Positions 47,896 through 60,741 of a DNA stretch of 64,000 nt are shown here, piece after piece. The first letter of the stretch is position 1. Every line of letters starts with the position of its first letter. Position numbers and translations under genes: made by a program. Source of the DNA: Spironucleus salmonicida (Eukaryota); the NCBI RefSeq assembly GCF_000497125.1, contig NC_090598.1, positions 1,426,001-1,490,000 of the forward strand, given 5' to 3'. The notes below the pieces were generated by a model. The model saw only the letters and a program-made list of their open reading frames with translations, was not told the origin of the DNA and did no database searches.

Positions 47896-49180
47896 GTGAT
47901 GCTATTCTTGTGGTACTCGTTGTGTGAGCGTGTGGTGCATAGGGCTTCCGTGTCTAGTGGGGTGGCGTACTTCCTGCACAGTGCCATAGTGCATATATGT
48001 AATATAATAATACTCATTCGGGCTTCCCGCAAGTATGATAGTGTATATAAATAATATAATACTAAGGACTCACGATTCCCGCAAAGTACCATACTGCCCG
48101 AGTATGGTATAATAGTACCAAATTACGGCTCCCGCCCAAATGCCATACTTCACATATGCAACATTATAATCATAATCCTTCATGGCTCCCTTCCACTCGG
48201 CTGGTTTCCCATGGGCGGGATGTCAAGGGGGCCTTGCCGAAGCCCTTGCCCTTGCCTTTTCCCAACGTCGGTTGGCATGCAGCGTATAATAATGTAATGT
48301 TGGTGTCCCTTCCGATATGTTAAAGTGGGAATAGGCAATATAATAAAGGGGATTTTCCCTTTCCCGCGAAGTATGATAGGGCATATATACGGTATTATAG
48401 TGAGTATTCCCGCTCCCCGCAAAGTACCATACTGCCCGAGTATGGTATAATAGTAGCAAATTACGCCTCCCGCCAAAACAGCATTCTGCACATAAATACG
48501 CGTGGGCGTATATAAATAATACATATATGGCCTATAGCCACTATATGTGCGAGGTTCCTCTACCACCCCACACGGTATTCATATGCTCATAATGGCGAAG
48601 TGGGCCGTCGTCCACCTCGTCCCCACCAGAGGAGAGAACTCGCCCGGTTTGCCCTTGCCCTTGCCCTTCCCGGACGTCCGCAGGAGCTCGTCCGGAGGCT
48701 GGCAGTACCGCCCGGTCTCGCCCGGCGTGGCACGCACTTGCTTGGGCGGCGTGCGATGGCGCGAGATGACACCCGATGCATGGCACGGCGCGAGATCATC
48801 TTAGATGGCCTGCCTGCCGTGCCCCGCGCCCCGCGCCCATATGGGGCCTACGGGGCCGAGATATGGAGTTCCGGTGAAAATGAGTCTGCAGTTCTGCATA
48901 TTGAACACGGTAAATTTAGTAGATAGATATTTGTATACATCACATATAACATACATACCTATATTCCATAAATCCCTATATGCATCTATATATACTTATA
49001 CCTATATTCGCACACCGCAACCACTTTCGTCACTATAACTATATATTATTCATATTAAAACTCGCTCCCGCCCCCGCCCCAACATATATATTTTATATAG
49101 CATATATAAGTATGGGTTCGCGAACCGATAGCTGGTTTCATCACCAACCTCATAATGCAGGAGTGAGGGTGCTATCAACA

Positions 49181-49480
49181 ATGTCTGGAAAAGGAAAGGG
49201 AAAAGGTTTTGGAAAGGCGAAAAGACACAAATCCGAGAAGGATGCACTCACAGGCATCACCAAGCCTGCCATACGCAGGTTGGCGCGCAGAGGTGGCGTG
49301 AAGAGGATCTCGTCCACGATCTACCCCCAGACGCGCGAGGTGCTGAAGGCGTTCCTGGACGTGGTCATCAGGGACTCGCTGACCTACACTGAGCACGCGC
49401 AGCGCAAGACGGTGACGTCGCAGGACGTGGTGTACGCGCTGAAGCGCCAGGGCAAGACGCTCTACGGCTTCGGGATCTGA
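49181..49480 (+). CDS. H4: Histone H4 (99 aa)
   Basis: [17 protein letters not shown]...[20 protein letters not shown]...[18 protein letters not shown]. Confidence 0.98.
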   Translation: MSGKGKGKGFGKAKRHKSEKDALTGITKPAIRRLARRGGVKRISSTIYPQTREVLKAFLDVVIRDSLTYTEHAQRKTVTSQDVVYALKRQGKTLYGFGI

Positions 49481-50765
49481 GTGATGCTATTCTTGTGGTA
49501 CTCGTTGTGTGAGCGTGTGGTGCATAGGGCTTCCGTGTCTAGTGGGGTGGCGTACTTCCTGCACAGTGCCATAGTGCATATATGTAATATAATAATACTC
49601 ATTCGGGCTTCCCGCAAGTATGATAGTGTATATAAATAATATAATACTAAGGACTCACGATTCCCGCAAAGTACCATACTGCCCGAGTATGGTATAATAG
49701 TACCAAATTACGGCTCCCGCCCAAATGCCATACTTCACATATGCAACATTATAATCATAATCCTTCATGGCTCCCTTCCACTCGGCTGGTTTCCCATGGG
49801 CGGGATGTCAAGGGGGCCTTGCCGAAGCCCTTGCCCTTGCCTTTTCCCAACGTCGGTTGGCATGCAGCGTATAATAATGTAATGTTGGTGTCCCTTCCGA
49901 TATGTTAAAGTGGGAATAGGCAATATAATAAAGGGGATTTTCCCTTTCCCGCGAAGTATGATAGGGCATATATACGGTATTATAGTGAGTATTCCCGCTC
50001 CCCGCAAAGTACCATACTGCCCGAGTATGGTATAATAGTAGCAAATTACGCCTCCCGCCAAAACAGCATTCTGCACATAAATACGCGTGGGCGTATATAA
50101 ATAATACATATATGGCCTATAGCCACTATATGTGCGAGGTTCCTCTACCACCCCACACGGTATTCATATGCTCATAATGGCGAAGTGGGCCGTCGTCCAC
50201 CTCGTCCCCACCAGAGGAGAGAACTCGCCCGGTTTGCCCTTGCCCTTGCCCTTCCCGGACGTCCGCAGGAGCTCGTCCGGAGGCTGGCAGTACCGCCCGG
50301 TCTCGCCCGGCGTGGCACGCACTTGCTTGGGCGGCGTGCGATGGCGCGAGATGACACCCGATGCATGGCACGGCGCGAGATCATCTTAGATGGCCTGCCT
50401 GCCGTGCCCCGCGCCCCGCGCCCATATGGGGCCTACGGGGCCGAGATATGGAGTTCCGGTGAAAATGAGTCTGCAGTTCTGCATATTGAACACGGTAAAT
50501 TTAGTAGATAGATATTTGTATACATCACATATAACATACATACCTATATTCCATAAATCCCTATATGCATCTATATATACTTATACCTATATTCGCACAC
50601 CGCAACCACTTTCGTCACTATAACTATATATTATTCATATTAAAACTCGCTCCCGCCCCCGCCCCAACATATATATTTTATATAGCATATATAAGTATGG
50701 GTTCGCGAACCGATAGCTGGTTTCATCACCAACCTCATAATGCAGGAGTGAGGGTGCTATCAACA

Positions 50766-51065
50766 ATGTCTGGAAAAGGAAAGGGAAAAGGTTTTGGAAA
50801 GGCGAAAAGACACAAATCCGAGAAGGATGCACTCACAGGCATCACCAAGCCTGCCATACGCAGGTTGGCGCGCAGAGGTGGCGTGAAGAGGATCTCGTCC
50901 ACGATCTACCCCCAGACGCGCGAGGTGCTGAAGGCGTTCCTGGACGTGGTCATCAGGGACTCGCTGACCTACACTGAGCACGCGCAGCGCAAGACGGTGA
51001 CGTCGCAGGACGTGGTGTACGCGCTGAAGCGCCAGGGCAAGACGCTCTACGGCTTCGGGATCTGA
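50766..51065 (+). CDS. H4: Histone H4 (99 aa)
   Basis: Identical intact copy. Confidence 0.98.
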   Translation: MSGKGKGKGFGKAKRHKSEKDALTGITKPAIRRLARRGGVKRISSTIYPQTREVLKAFLDVVIRDSLTYTEHAQRKTVTSQDVVYALKRQGKTLYGFGI

Positions 51066-52350
51066 GTGATGCTATTCTTGTGGTACTCGTTGTGTGAGCG
51101 TGTGGTGCATAGGGCTTCCGTGTCTAGTGGGGTGGCGTACTTCCTGCACAGTGCCATAGTGCATATATGTAATATAATAATACTCATTCGGGCTTCCCGC
51201 AAGTATGATAGTGTATATAAATAATATAATACTAAGGACTCACGATTCCCGCAAAGTACCATACTGCCCGAGTATGGTATAATAGTACCAAATTACGGCT
51301 CCCGCCCAAATGCCATACTTCACATATGCAACATTATAATCATAATCCTTCATGGCTCCCTTCCACTCGGCTGGTTTCCCATGGGCGGGATGTCAAGGGG
51401 GCCTTGCCGAAGCCCTTGCCCTTGCCTTTTCCCAACGTCGGTTGGCATGCAGCGTATAATAATGTAATGTTGGTGTCCCTTCCGATATGTTAAAGTGGGA
51501 ATAGGCAATATAATAAAGGGGATTTTCCCTTTCCCGCGAAGTATGATAGGGCATATATACGGTATTATAGTGAGTATTCCCGCTCCCCGCAAAGTACCAT
51601 ACTGCCCGAGTATGGTATAATAGTAGCAAATTACGCCTCCCGCCAAAACAGCATTCTGCACATAAATACGCGTGGGCGTATATAAATAATACATATATGG
51701 CCTATAGCCACTATATGTGCGAGGTTCCTCTACCACCCCACACGGTATTCATATGCTCATAATGGCGAAGTGGGCCGTCGTCCACCTCGTCCCCACCAGA
51801 GGAGAGAACTCGCCCGGTTTGCCCTTGCCCTTGCCCTTCCCGGACGTCCGCAGGAGCTCGTCCGGAGGCTGGCAGTACCGCCCGGTCTCGCCCGGCGTGG
51901 CACGCACTTGCTTGGGCGGCGTGCGATGGCGCGAGATGACACCCGATGCATGGCACGGCGCGAGATCATCTTAGATGGCCTGCCTGCCGTGCCCCGCGCC
52001 CCGCGCCCATATGGGGCCTACGGGGCCGAGATATGGAGTTCCGGTGAAAATGAGTCTGCAGTTCTGCATATTGAACACGGTAAATTTAGTAGATAGATAT
52101 TTGTATACATCACATATAACATACATACCTATATTCCATAAATCCCTATATGCATCTATATATACTTATACCTATATTCGCACACCGCAACCACTTTCGT
52201 CACTATAACTATATATTATTCATATTAAAACTCGCTCCCGCCCCCGCCCCAACATATATATTTTATATAGCATATATAAGTATGGGTTCGCGAACCGATA
52301 GCTGGTTTCATCACCAACCTCATAATGCAGGAGTGAGGGTGCTATCAACA

Positions 52351-52650
52351 ATGTCTGGAAAAGGAAAGGGAAAAGGTTTTGGAAAGGCGAAAAGACACAA
52401 ATCCGAGAAGGATGCACTCACAGGCATCACCAAGCCTGCCATACGCAGGTTGGCGCGCAGAGGTGGCGTGAAGAGGATCTCGTCCACGATCTACCCCCAG
52501 ACGCGCGAGGTGCTGAAGGCGTTCCTGGACGTGGTCATCAGGGACTCGCTGACCTACACTGAGCACGCGCAGCGCAAGACGGTGACGTCGCAGGACGTGG
52601 TGTACGCGCTGAAGCGCCAGGGCAAGACGCTCTACGGCTTCGGGATCTGA
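52351..52650 (+). CDS. H4: Histone H4 (99 aa)
   Basis: Identical intact copy. Confidence 0.98.
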   Translation: MSGKGKGKGFGKAKRHKSEKDALTGITKPAIRRLARRGGVKRISSTIYPQTREVLKAFLDVVIRDSLTYTEHAQRKTVTSQDVVYALKRQGKTLYGFGI

Positions 52651-53935
52651 GTGATGCTATTCTTGTGGTACTCGTTGTGTGAGCGTGTGGTGCATAGGGC
52701 TTCCGTGTCTAGTGGGGTGGCGTACTTCCTGCACAGTGCCATAGTGCATATATGTAATATAATAATACTCATTCGGGCTTCCCGCAAGTATGATAGTGTA
52801 TATAAATAATATAATACTAAGGACTCACGATTCCCGCAAAGTACCATACTGCCCGAGTATGGTATAATAGTACCAAATTACGGCTCCCGCCCAAATGCCA
52901 TACTTCACATATGCAACATTATAATCATAATCCTTCATGGCTCCCTTCCACTCGGCTGGTTTCCCATGGGCGGGATGTCAAGGGGGCCTTGCCGAAGCCC
53001 TTGCCCTTGCCTTTTCCCAACGTCGGTTGGCATGCAGCGTATAATAATGTAATGTTGGTGTCCCTTCCGATATGTTAAAGTGGGAATAGGCAATATAATA
53101 AAGGGGATTTTCCCTTTCCCGCGAAGTATGATAGGGCATATATACGGTATTATAGTGAGTATTCCCGCTCCCCGCAAAGTACCATACTGCCCGAGTATGG
53201 TATAATAGTAGCAAATTACGCCTCCCGCCAAAACAGCATTCTGCACATAAATACGCGTGGGCGTATATAAATAATACATATATGGCCTATAGCCACTATA
53301 TGTGCGAGGTTCCTCTACCACCCCACACGGTATTCATATGCTCATAATGGCGAAGTGGGCCGTCGTCCACCTCGTCCCCACCAGAGGAGAGAACTCGCCC
53401 GGTTTGCCCTTGCCCTTGCCCTTCCCGGACGTCCGCAGGAGCTCGTCCGGAGGCTGGCAGTACCGCCCGGTCTCGCCCGGCGTGGCACGCACTTGCTTGG
53501 GCGGCGTGCGATGGCGCGAGATGACACCCGATGCATGGCACGGCGCGAGATCATCTTAGATGGCCTGCCTGCCGTGCCCCGCGCCCCGCGCCCATATGGG
53601 GCCTACGGGGCCGAGATATGGAGTTCCGGTGAAAATGAGTCTGCAGTTCTGCATATTGAACACGGTAAATTTAGTAGATAGATATTTGTATACATCACAT
53701 ATAACATACATACCTATATTCCATAAATCCCTATATGCATCTATATATACTTATACCTATATTCGCACACCGCAACCACTTTCGTCACTATAACTATATA
53801 TTATTCATATTAAAACTCGCTCCCGCCCCCGCCCCAACATATATATTTTATATAGCATATATAAGTATGGGTTCGCGAACCGATAGCTGGTTTCATCACC
53901 AACCTCATAATGCAGGAGTGAGGGTGCTATCAACA

Positions 53936-56900
53936 ATGTCTGGAAAAGGAAAGGGAAAAGGTTTTGGAAAGGCGACAGACTCGGAGAACACTAGCGATAG
54001 TGTAGACCCTGTTGCTCTCACCGCCTAATAAATTCGTATTAGAAGCCTGTTCAAACAGGCACCTGCTCTACCCCAACCCCAACCCCAGTCGATCGCTAGT
54101 CACATTTCTTCTACCATGAAGAAGCATTAGGCACCTCCAACGTCTAATGGTGACCCCTCGACTTTGACATATTCCCCCTTCACATAAGTTTCAAGCGTGA
54201 GACTGTTCAAGCAGGGCCAGGCAAGCCGGGAGGCTCCTGTGCTCTCAGATAAGACCAATAAATCTATCATGAGCTTCGTGAAAGCAAGAGAAGAAGAAAG
54301 AGCCCCGCAAGGTGCTCCGGACACTTCGGCTGCCGACACTCAGAATCGCGCGCAATTCCCTTCCACACAAATTCACGGGGAAACTACAGCTGCGCTCGTT
54401 AACTGCCAAGACGAGTAAGCTTAGGAGGTAGCTAGTCTAGCTGCCCCTAACGCAGCGGAAGTGACTGAACAACCGCCCTCCTCATAGGTTGCCAGTTAAG
54501 AAGGGGCCCCAACCGATTAACCTAGCCTCTAACCAGAGAGCTAAGAGGAAAGCGAGGCCCCGCCTCGCCCGGATCCCCCAGATGCTCCGGACTACGGGAT
54601 AGACCCACCAATTCCCAGGCTACCCTCACAAAACATACCGGTAGAGCCCAGAGTCAGACCTCAACTGAATTCAATCACCCGGTATGGTATCGTCCACGAG
54701 ACGAGATCTCAGACAAGACTTATTCCTGAGACACGTGCCCCAAGCACAACAGAAAGTAACGAACACGCTAGACCAAGGAACCCTGACAAGCCTTTTGAAT
54801 GTCAGGCATGCACCTTCGCGTCGTCCGACCCCACGAGCCTGCTGAGACATCACGCGCTCACGAGAGGCGGATAGCACGATATAAAGTTCCCGCTACTTAG
54901 ATACAAAGAAGTTTACGAAGACCCCAAACTCTTCAGATTCTACTGTGGAATCTGTAATCACCCTTTTACGAAGAAATTAAATGTCATGCTCCACCTAATG
55001 GATGGAAAATGCAAGAACAAGTAAGGAATGACAAACGAAGCTGCCCAATTGCTAGTAAGAAATAGAGATGTCTATAGCCTCGAACTAGAGGAATAGCTGG
55101 CAAAAGCATCGGCCGCCAAGGCGGCAAGAGCGAAGAGTATAGCAGAATAAATAACTGCACCCAAAATAGGACTTCCACCGGAAGCGACGATCAACCTATC
55201 TCCTTTAGGTTGCGCTACGGACAAGAAGAATTTAGCATTACGTTTTATCCAGATGAAACTGGAGATTGAAAACGGAGCTGACATCCTAGACGCCTTTAAC
55301 TAATTCATAGGCGCATTCAGAAGAAAACAGGCATGTAACACCAGACGCGATACCAATCAAAAATAGATAGATTTCTGCTTTTAGAGAGGACAGACTGGAA
55401 AGGCATGGAACCTTATTAAGGAAAATTAGAACAAGTAGAACCTATCCCCAGAAAACGCCAGCTCCAGACCGGACCTGGTTAGAGAGTTATTTTAGGAAAA
55501 CCGGAAACCCGAATATGAATCGGCATCGCGGTAGGGATCAGTAAGAACAGCGCTGCAAGCGCCAACGGCAGAAGAGATTACGAAGATAATCCTATAGTAC
55601 CGGGATGGCAAAGCAGGCGGCCCGAGTGGCATTCTTCCAGCCCACCTGAAAGAACTTGAGAAGTCTCATCACATCTCAAACATTCTTGCGAAGGTATACA
55701 AACTAATACTTGATACACCATCCCTAGTGAACAAGACTAGGAGACTATTCGAATACCGGATAATCTTCATCCCAAAGAACGCGACCAAGTTTAGACCGAT
55801 TTGCATACAGGAGTTATTCCTATAAGTCCTGCACAAAGCACTGGCAGAGAAGATGAAGCAGCAACTAACCCTAGGCAATTATCAATTCGCCTTTACCAAA
55901 AACGCTCTCCTCAGAGCCAAATATTAAGCTAATATCATGCTTAAGAATGGGCTCACCCTTACTTCCCTTGACGTACGAAACGCCTTTAACGCCGTACCTC
56001 ATAAAGTAATCGAAGAAGAACTCGTGAAAGCCGGCCTAGCACCGGAAACCAACCAATACATCCAAGCCTTTTTGATGGCGCGGAATGCGGAGGGGTTGGA
56101 AAGGCTAGGCACCGGCGTCCCCCAAGGGGATCCATTGTCCATGATGCTATTCTGTGTTGTAATGCGCCCGATCCTAGATCGGCTCGCAGGCAAATACAAG
56201 GTTATCGCATCGTACGCGGACGATGTCCTGATAGGTCACGATTCAGGAGTAAACCTCAAAGACTGTGAAAGCGTCTTTGCAGACTACGGGCTAACCCTGT
56301 CTGTGGAGAAATGCATAACAGCCTCCCCCACCCAAGCGATTAAATTCGTTGGGTAAGAATTTAAGGACAAACCGATACCGTTAACAGATCACTTGCTCCA
56401 AACCGCTCAGGATGCCTTCCTAATCCTCGAGCAATCGAAGCTCGGGACCACCCAATAACGGTTCCAGATGTTTGTACAATGTATTGTTCCCTCAGTCAAC
56501 TATGGCCCACTTGTGGACGTCACGGATGACTAGGAAGCCGGATATACGAAGATAGACGACAGCCTTGTTGCCACCACCTCGCTGATAGCGGGACTAAGCA
56601 TAAAGATTGAAACTCTATTGGATAGCTAGATCCGGGGTGGAATGAACGTGATCACACCTGGTCGCTTCTACCCACTCATGACCGCAGCACGCGATGAATT
56701 CCATGAGAACAATCACTGCGTCTTTAGAAATATCAGGGAGAAAATCAAAGAACTCGTTCCGGACGATCCAGATCCTGGACGCCCGATGATTTTCCCCTGC
56801 ATCTTAGGAGCCACCAGGCTCCCTGGACAGTCTGTCCAGTATCTCTTGAACTCGGCTTTCGGCCCGGTAGCGACACCCAGTAAAACCCATTTGTGTACGC

Positions 56901-57496
56901 TATGCGGTACCCCTAAGATTGGAGATCACGACCAAAAATGCAATAGAAATAGCGGAATCCGAATAGTTAGACACAACAAGGCTGTCTCAGCCGCGATGAA
57001 CTGCCTAGCGAAGTACGAGCCCCGTGAAATAACACGTCAATAAGCTCCTGAAGGAAAGTTTTATCCGGACTTCAGAATCATTGTAAGTAAAATCCTGACA
57101 GTAGACCTAGATGTCACGTTTACTTCGCAAGAGAATATGGACGCGAAATTTGCAGAAAAGGTTAGAAAGCATAAATTGCCTGACCCTAACCAGACTATAA
57201 TCCCAATGGTTATCTCACATGAACTTTAAATTCATCGCGAGACACTCAAGTTGTTGAAATTCCACTTCCCGGAGTTCAACTACAGGAAATTTATGGAAGC
57301 GGTGGGAACTGCGACCTGTTTCTATAGACAGGACTCAGTTCGAAACAACACTGCACGATAGATCATAGCTCTCCAGGATAGGAACTATGGTTTAGAGGAA
57401 GACGTTGCAATACGTCTTAATTGGAGAAATGCTGCGAAGAATAACAATCGCAGGCGCCAGCACGCCAGAGGGAGTGCTGTCGCACCCGGGCCGTGA
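53936..57496 (+). CDS. H4(1-13)-fused retrotransposon RT-RLE ORF, copy 2
   Basis: Colinear with copy 1 at offset +9976, with TGA at 57494-57496. Only point substitutions seen. Confidence 0.9.
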
Positions 57497-57618
57497 GGCC
57501 AGGGAAAACAAGAAAACCCCCCCCCCGACAGGGGCAGTAAAGATCCCATATACGCAATGAGGAATGGCAGTACTCGAGTGATCTTTTACAAAAAAAAAAA
57601 AAAAAAAAAAAAAAAAAA
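53976..57618 (+). mobile_element. Site-specific RLE-type non-LTR retrotransposon, copy 2 (full length, 29-A tail)
   Basis: Same 5' and 3' junctions in H4 as copy 1. Poly(A) at 57590-57618. Confidence 0.95.
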
Positions 57619-57871
57619 CAAATCCGAGAAGGATGCACTCACAGGCATCACCAAGCCTGCCATACGCAGGTTGGCGCGCAGAGGTGGCGTGAAGAGGATC
57701 TCGTCCACGATCTACCCCCAGACGCGCGAGGTGCTGAAGGCGTTCCTGGACGTGGTCATCAGGGACTCGCTGACCTACACTGAGCACGCGCAGCGCAAGA
57801 CGGTGACGTCGCAGGACGTGGTGTACGCGCTGAAGCGCCAGGGCAAGACGCTCTACGGCTTCGGGATCTGA
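57619..57871 (+). pseudogene. H4: 3' remainder of interrupted histone H4 (copy 2)
   Basis: Identical to intact H4 from CAAATCC to TGA. Confidence 0.92.
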
Positions 57872-59156
57872 GTGATGCTATTCTTGTGGTACTCGTTGTG
57901 TGAGCGTGTGGTGCATAGGGCTTCCGTGTCTAGTGGGGTGGCGTACTTCCTGCACAGTGCCATAGTGCATATATGTAATATAATAATACTCATTCGGGCT
58001 TCCCGCAAGTATGATAGTGTATATAAATAATATAATACTAAGGACTCACGATTCCCGCAAAGTACCATACTGCCCGAGTATGGTATAATAGTACCAAATT
58101 ACGGCTCCCGCCCAAATGCCATACTTCACATATGCAACATTATAATCATAATCCTTCATGGCTCCCTTCCACTCGGCTGGTTTCCCATGGGCGGGATGTC
58201 AAGGGGGCCTTGCCGAAGCCCTTGCCCTTGCCTTTTCCCAACGTCGGTTGGCATGCAGCGTATAATAATGTAATGTTGGTGTCCCTTCCGATATGTTAAA
58301 GTGGGAATAGGCAATATAATAAAGGGGATTTTCCCTTTCCCGCGAAGTATGATAGGGCATATATACGGTATTATAGTGAGTATTCCCGCTCCCCGCAAAG
58401 TACCATACTGGCCGAGTATGGTATAATAGTAGCAAATTACGCCTCCCGCCAAAACAGCATTCTGCACATAAATACGCGTGGGCGTATATAAATAATACAT
58501 ATATGGCCTATAGCCACTATATGTGCGAGGTTCCTCTACCACCCCACACGGTATTCATATGCTCATAATGGCGAAGTGGGCCGTCGTCCACCTCGTCCCC
58601 ACCAGAGGAGAGAACTCGCCCGGTTTGCCCTTGCCCTTGCCCTTCCCGGACGTCCGCAGGAGCTCGTCCGGAGGCTGGCAGTACCGCCCGGTCTCGCCCG
58701 GCGTGGCACGCACTTGCTTGGGCGGCGTGCGATGGCGCGAGATGACACCCGATGCATGGCACGGCGCGAGATCATCTTAGATGGCCTGCCTGCCGTGCCC
58801 CGCGCCCCGCGCCCATATGGGGCCTACGGGGCCGAGATATGGAGTTCCGGTGAAAATGAGTCTGCAGTTCTGCATATTGAACACGGTAAATTTAGTAGAT
58901 AGATATTTGTATACATCACATATAACATACATACCTATATTCCATAAATCCCTATATGCATCTATATATACTTATACCTATATTCGCACACCGCAACCAC
59001 TTTCGTCACTATAACTATATATTATTCATATTAAAACTCGCTCCCGCCCCCGCCCCAACATATATATTTTATATAGCATATATAAGTATGGGTTCGCGAA
59101 CCGATAGCTGGTTTCATCACCAACCTCATAATGCAGGAGTGAGGGTGCTATCAACA

Positions 59157-59456
59157 ATGTCTGGAAAAGGAAAGGGAAAAGGTTTTGGAAAGGCGAAAAG
59201 ACACAAATCCGAGAAGGATGCACTCACAGGCATCACCAAGCCTGCCATACGCAGGTTGGCGCGCAGAGGTGGCGTGAAGAGGATCTCGTCCACGATCTAC
59301 CCCCAGACGCGCGAGGTGCTGAAGGCGTTCCTGGACGTGGTCATCAGGGACTCGCTGACCTACACTGAGCACGCGCAGCGCAAGACGGTGACGTCGCAGG
59401 ACGTGGTGTACGCGCTGAAGCGCCAGGGCAAGACGCTCTACGGCTTCGGGATCTGA
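59157..59456 (+). CDS. H4: Histone H4 (99 aa)
   Basis: Identical intact copy. Confidence 0.98.
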   Translation: MSGKGKGKGFGKAKRHKSEKDALTGITKPAIRRLARRGGVKRISSTIYPQTREVLKAFLDVVIRDSLTYTEHAQRKTVTSQDVVYALKRQGKTLYGFGI

Positions 59457-60741
59457 GTGATGCTATTCTTGTGGTACTCGTTGTGTGAGCGTGTGGTGCA
59501 TAGGGCTTCCGTGTCTAGTGGGGTGGCGTACTTCCTGCACAGTGCCATAGTGCATATATGTAATATAATAATACTCATTCGGGCTTCCCGCAAGTATGAT
59601 AGTGTATATAAATAATATAATACTAAGGACTCACGATTCCCGCAAAGTACCATACTGCCCGAGTATGGTATAATAGTACCAAATTACGGCTCCCGCCCAA
59701 ATGCCATACTTCACATATGCAACATTATAATCATAATCCTTCATGGCTCCCTTCCACTCGGCTGGTTTCCCATGGGCGGGATGTCAAGGGGGCCTTGCCG
59801 AAGCCCTTGCCCTTGCCTTTTCCCAACGTCGGTTGGCATGCAGCGTATAATAATGTAATGTTGGTGTCCCTTCCGATATGTTAAAGTGGGAATAGGCAAT
59901 ATAATAAAGGGGATTTTCCCTTTCCCGCGAAGTATGATAGGGCATATATACGGTATTATAGTGAGTATTCCCGCTCCCCGCAAAGTACCATACTGGCCGA
60001 GTATGGTATAATAGTAGCAAATTACGCCTCCCGCCAAAACAGCATTCTGCACATAAATACGCGTGGGCGTATATAAATAATACATATATGGCCTATAGCC
60101 ACTATATGTGCGAGGTTCCTCTACCACCCCACACGGTATTCATATGCTCATAATGGCGAAGTGGGCCGTCGTCCACCTCGTCCCCACCAGAGGAGAGAAC
60201 TCGCCCGGTTTGCCCTTGCCCTTGCCCTTCCCGGACGTCCGCAGGAGCTCGTCCGGAGGCTGGCAGTACCGCCCGGTCTCGCCCGGCGTGGCACGCACTT
60301 GCTTGGGCGGCGTGCGATGGCGCGAGATGACACCCGATGCATGGCACGGCGCGAGATCATCTTAGATGGCCTGCCTGCCGTGCCCCGCGCCCCGCGCCCA
60401 TATGGGGCCTACGGGGCCGAGATATGGAGTTCCGGTGAAAATGAGTCTGCAGTTCTGCATATTGAACACGGTAAATTTAGTAGATAGATATTTGTATACA
60501 TCACATATAACATACATACCTATATTCCATAAATCCCTATATGCATCTATATATACTTATACCTATATTCGCACACCGCAACTACTTTCGTCACTATAAC
60601 TATATATTATTCATATTAAAACTCGCTCCCGCCCCCGCCCCAACATATATATTTTATATAGCATATATAAGTATGGGTTCGCGAACCGATAGCTGGTTTC
60701 ATCACCAACCTCATAATGCAGGAGTGAGGGTGCTATCAACA

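Noticed and set aside
48980-49180. 166-aa N-terminally extended H4
   Set aside because: The upstream ATG lies in AT-rich promoter sequence. The conserved H4 start is MSGK at 49181.
57557-57871. Poly-Lys-tailed 'rescued' H4 from a 3' UTR ATG through poly(A)
   Set aside because: In frame only in copy 2 (29 A) and not in copy 1 (31 A). It depends on an unreliable homopolymer length.
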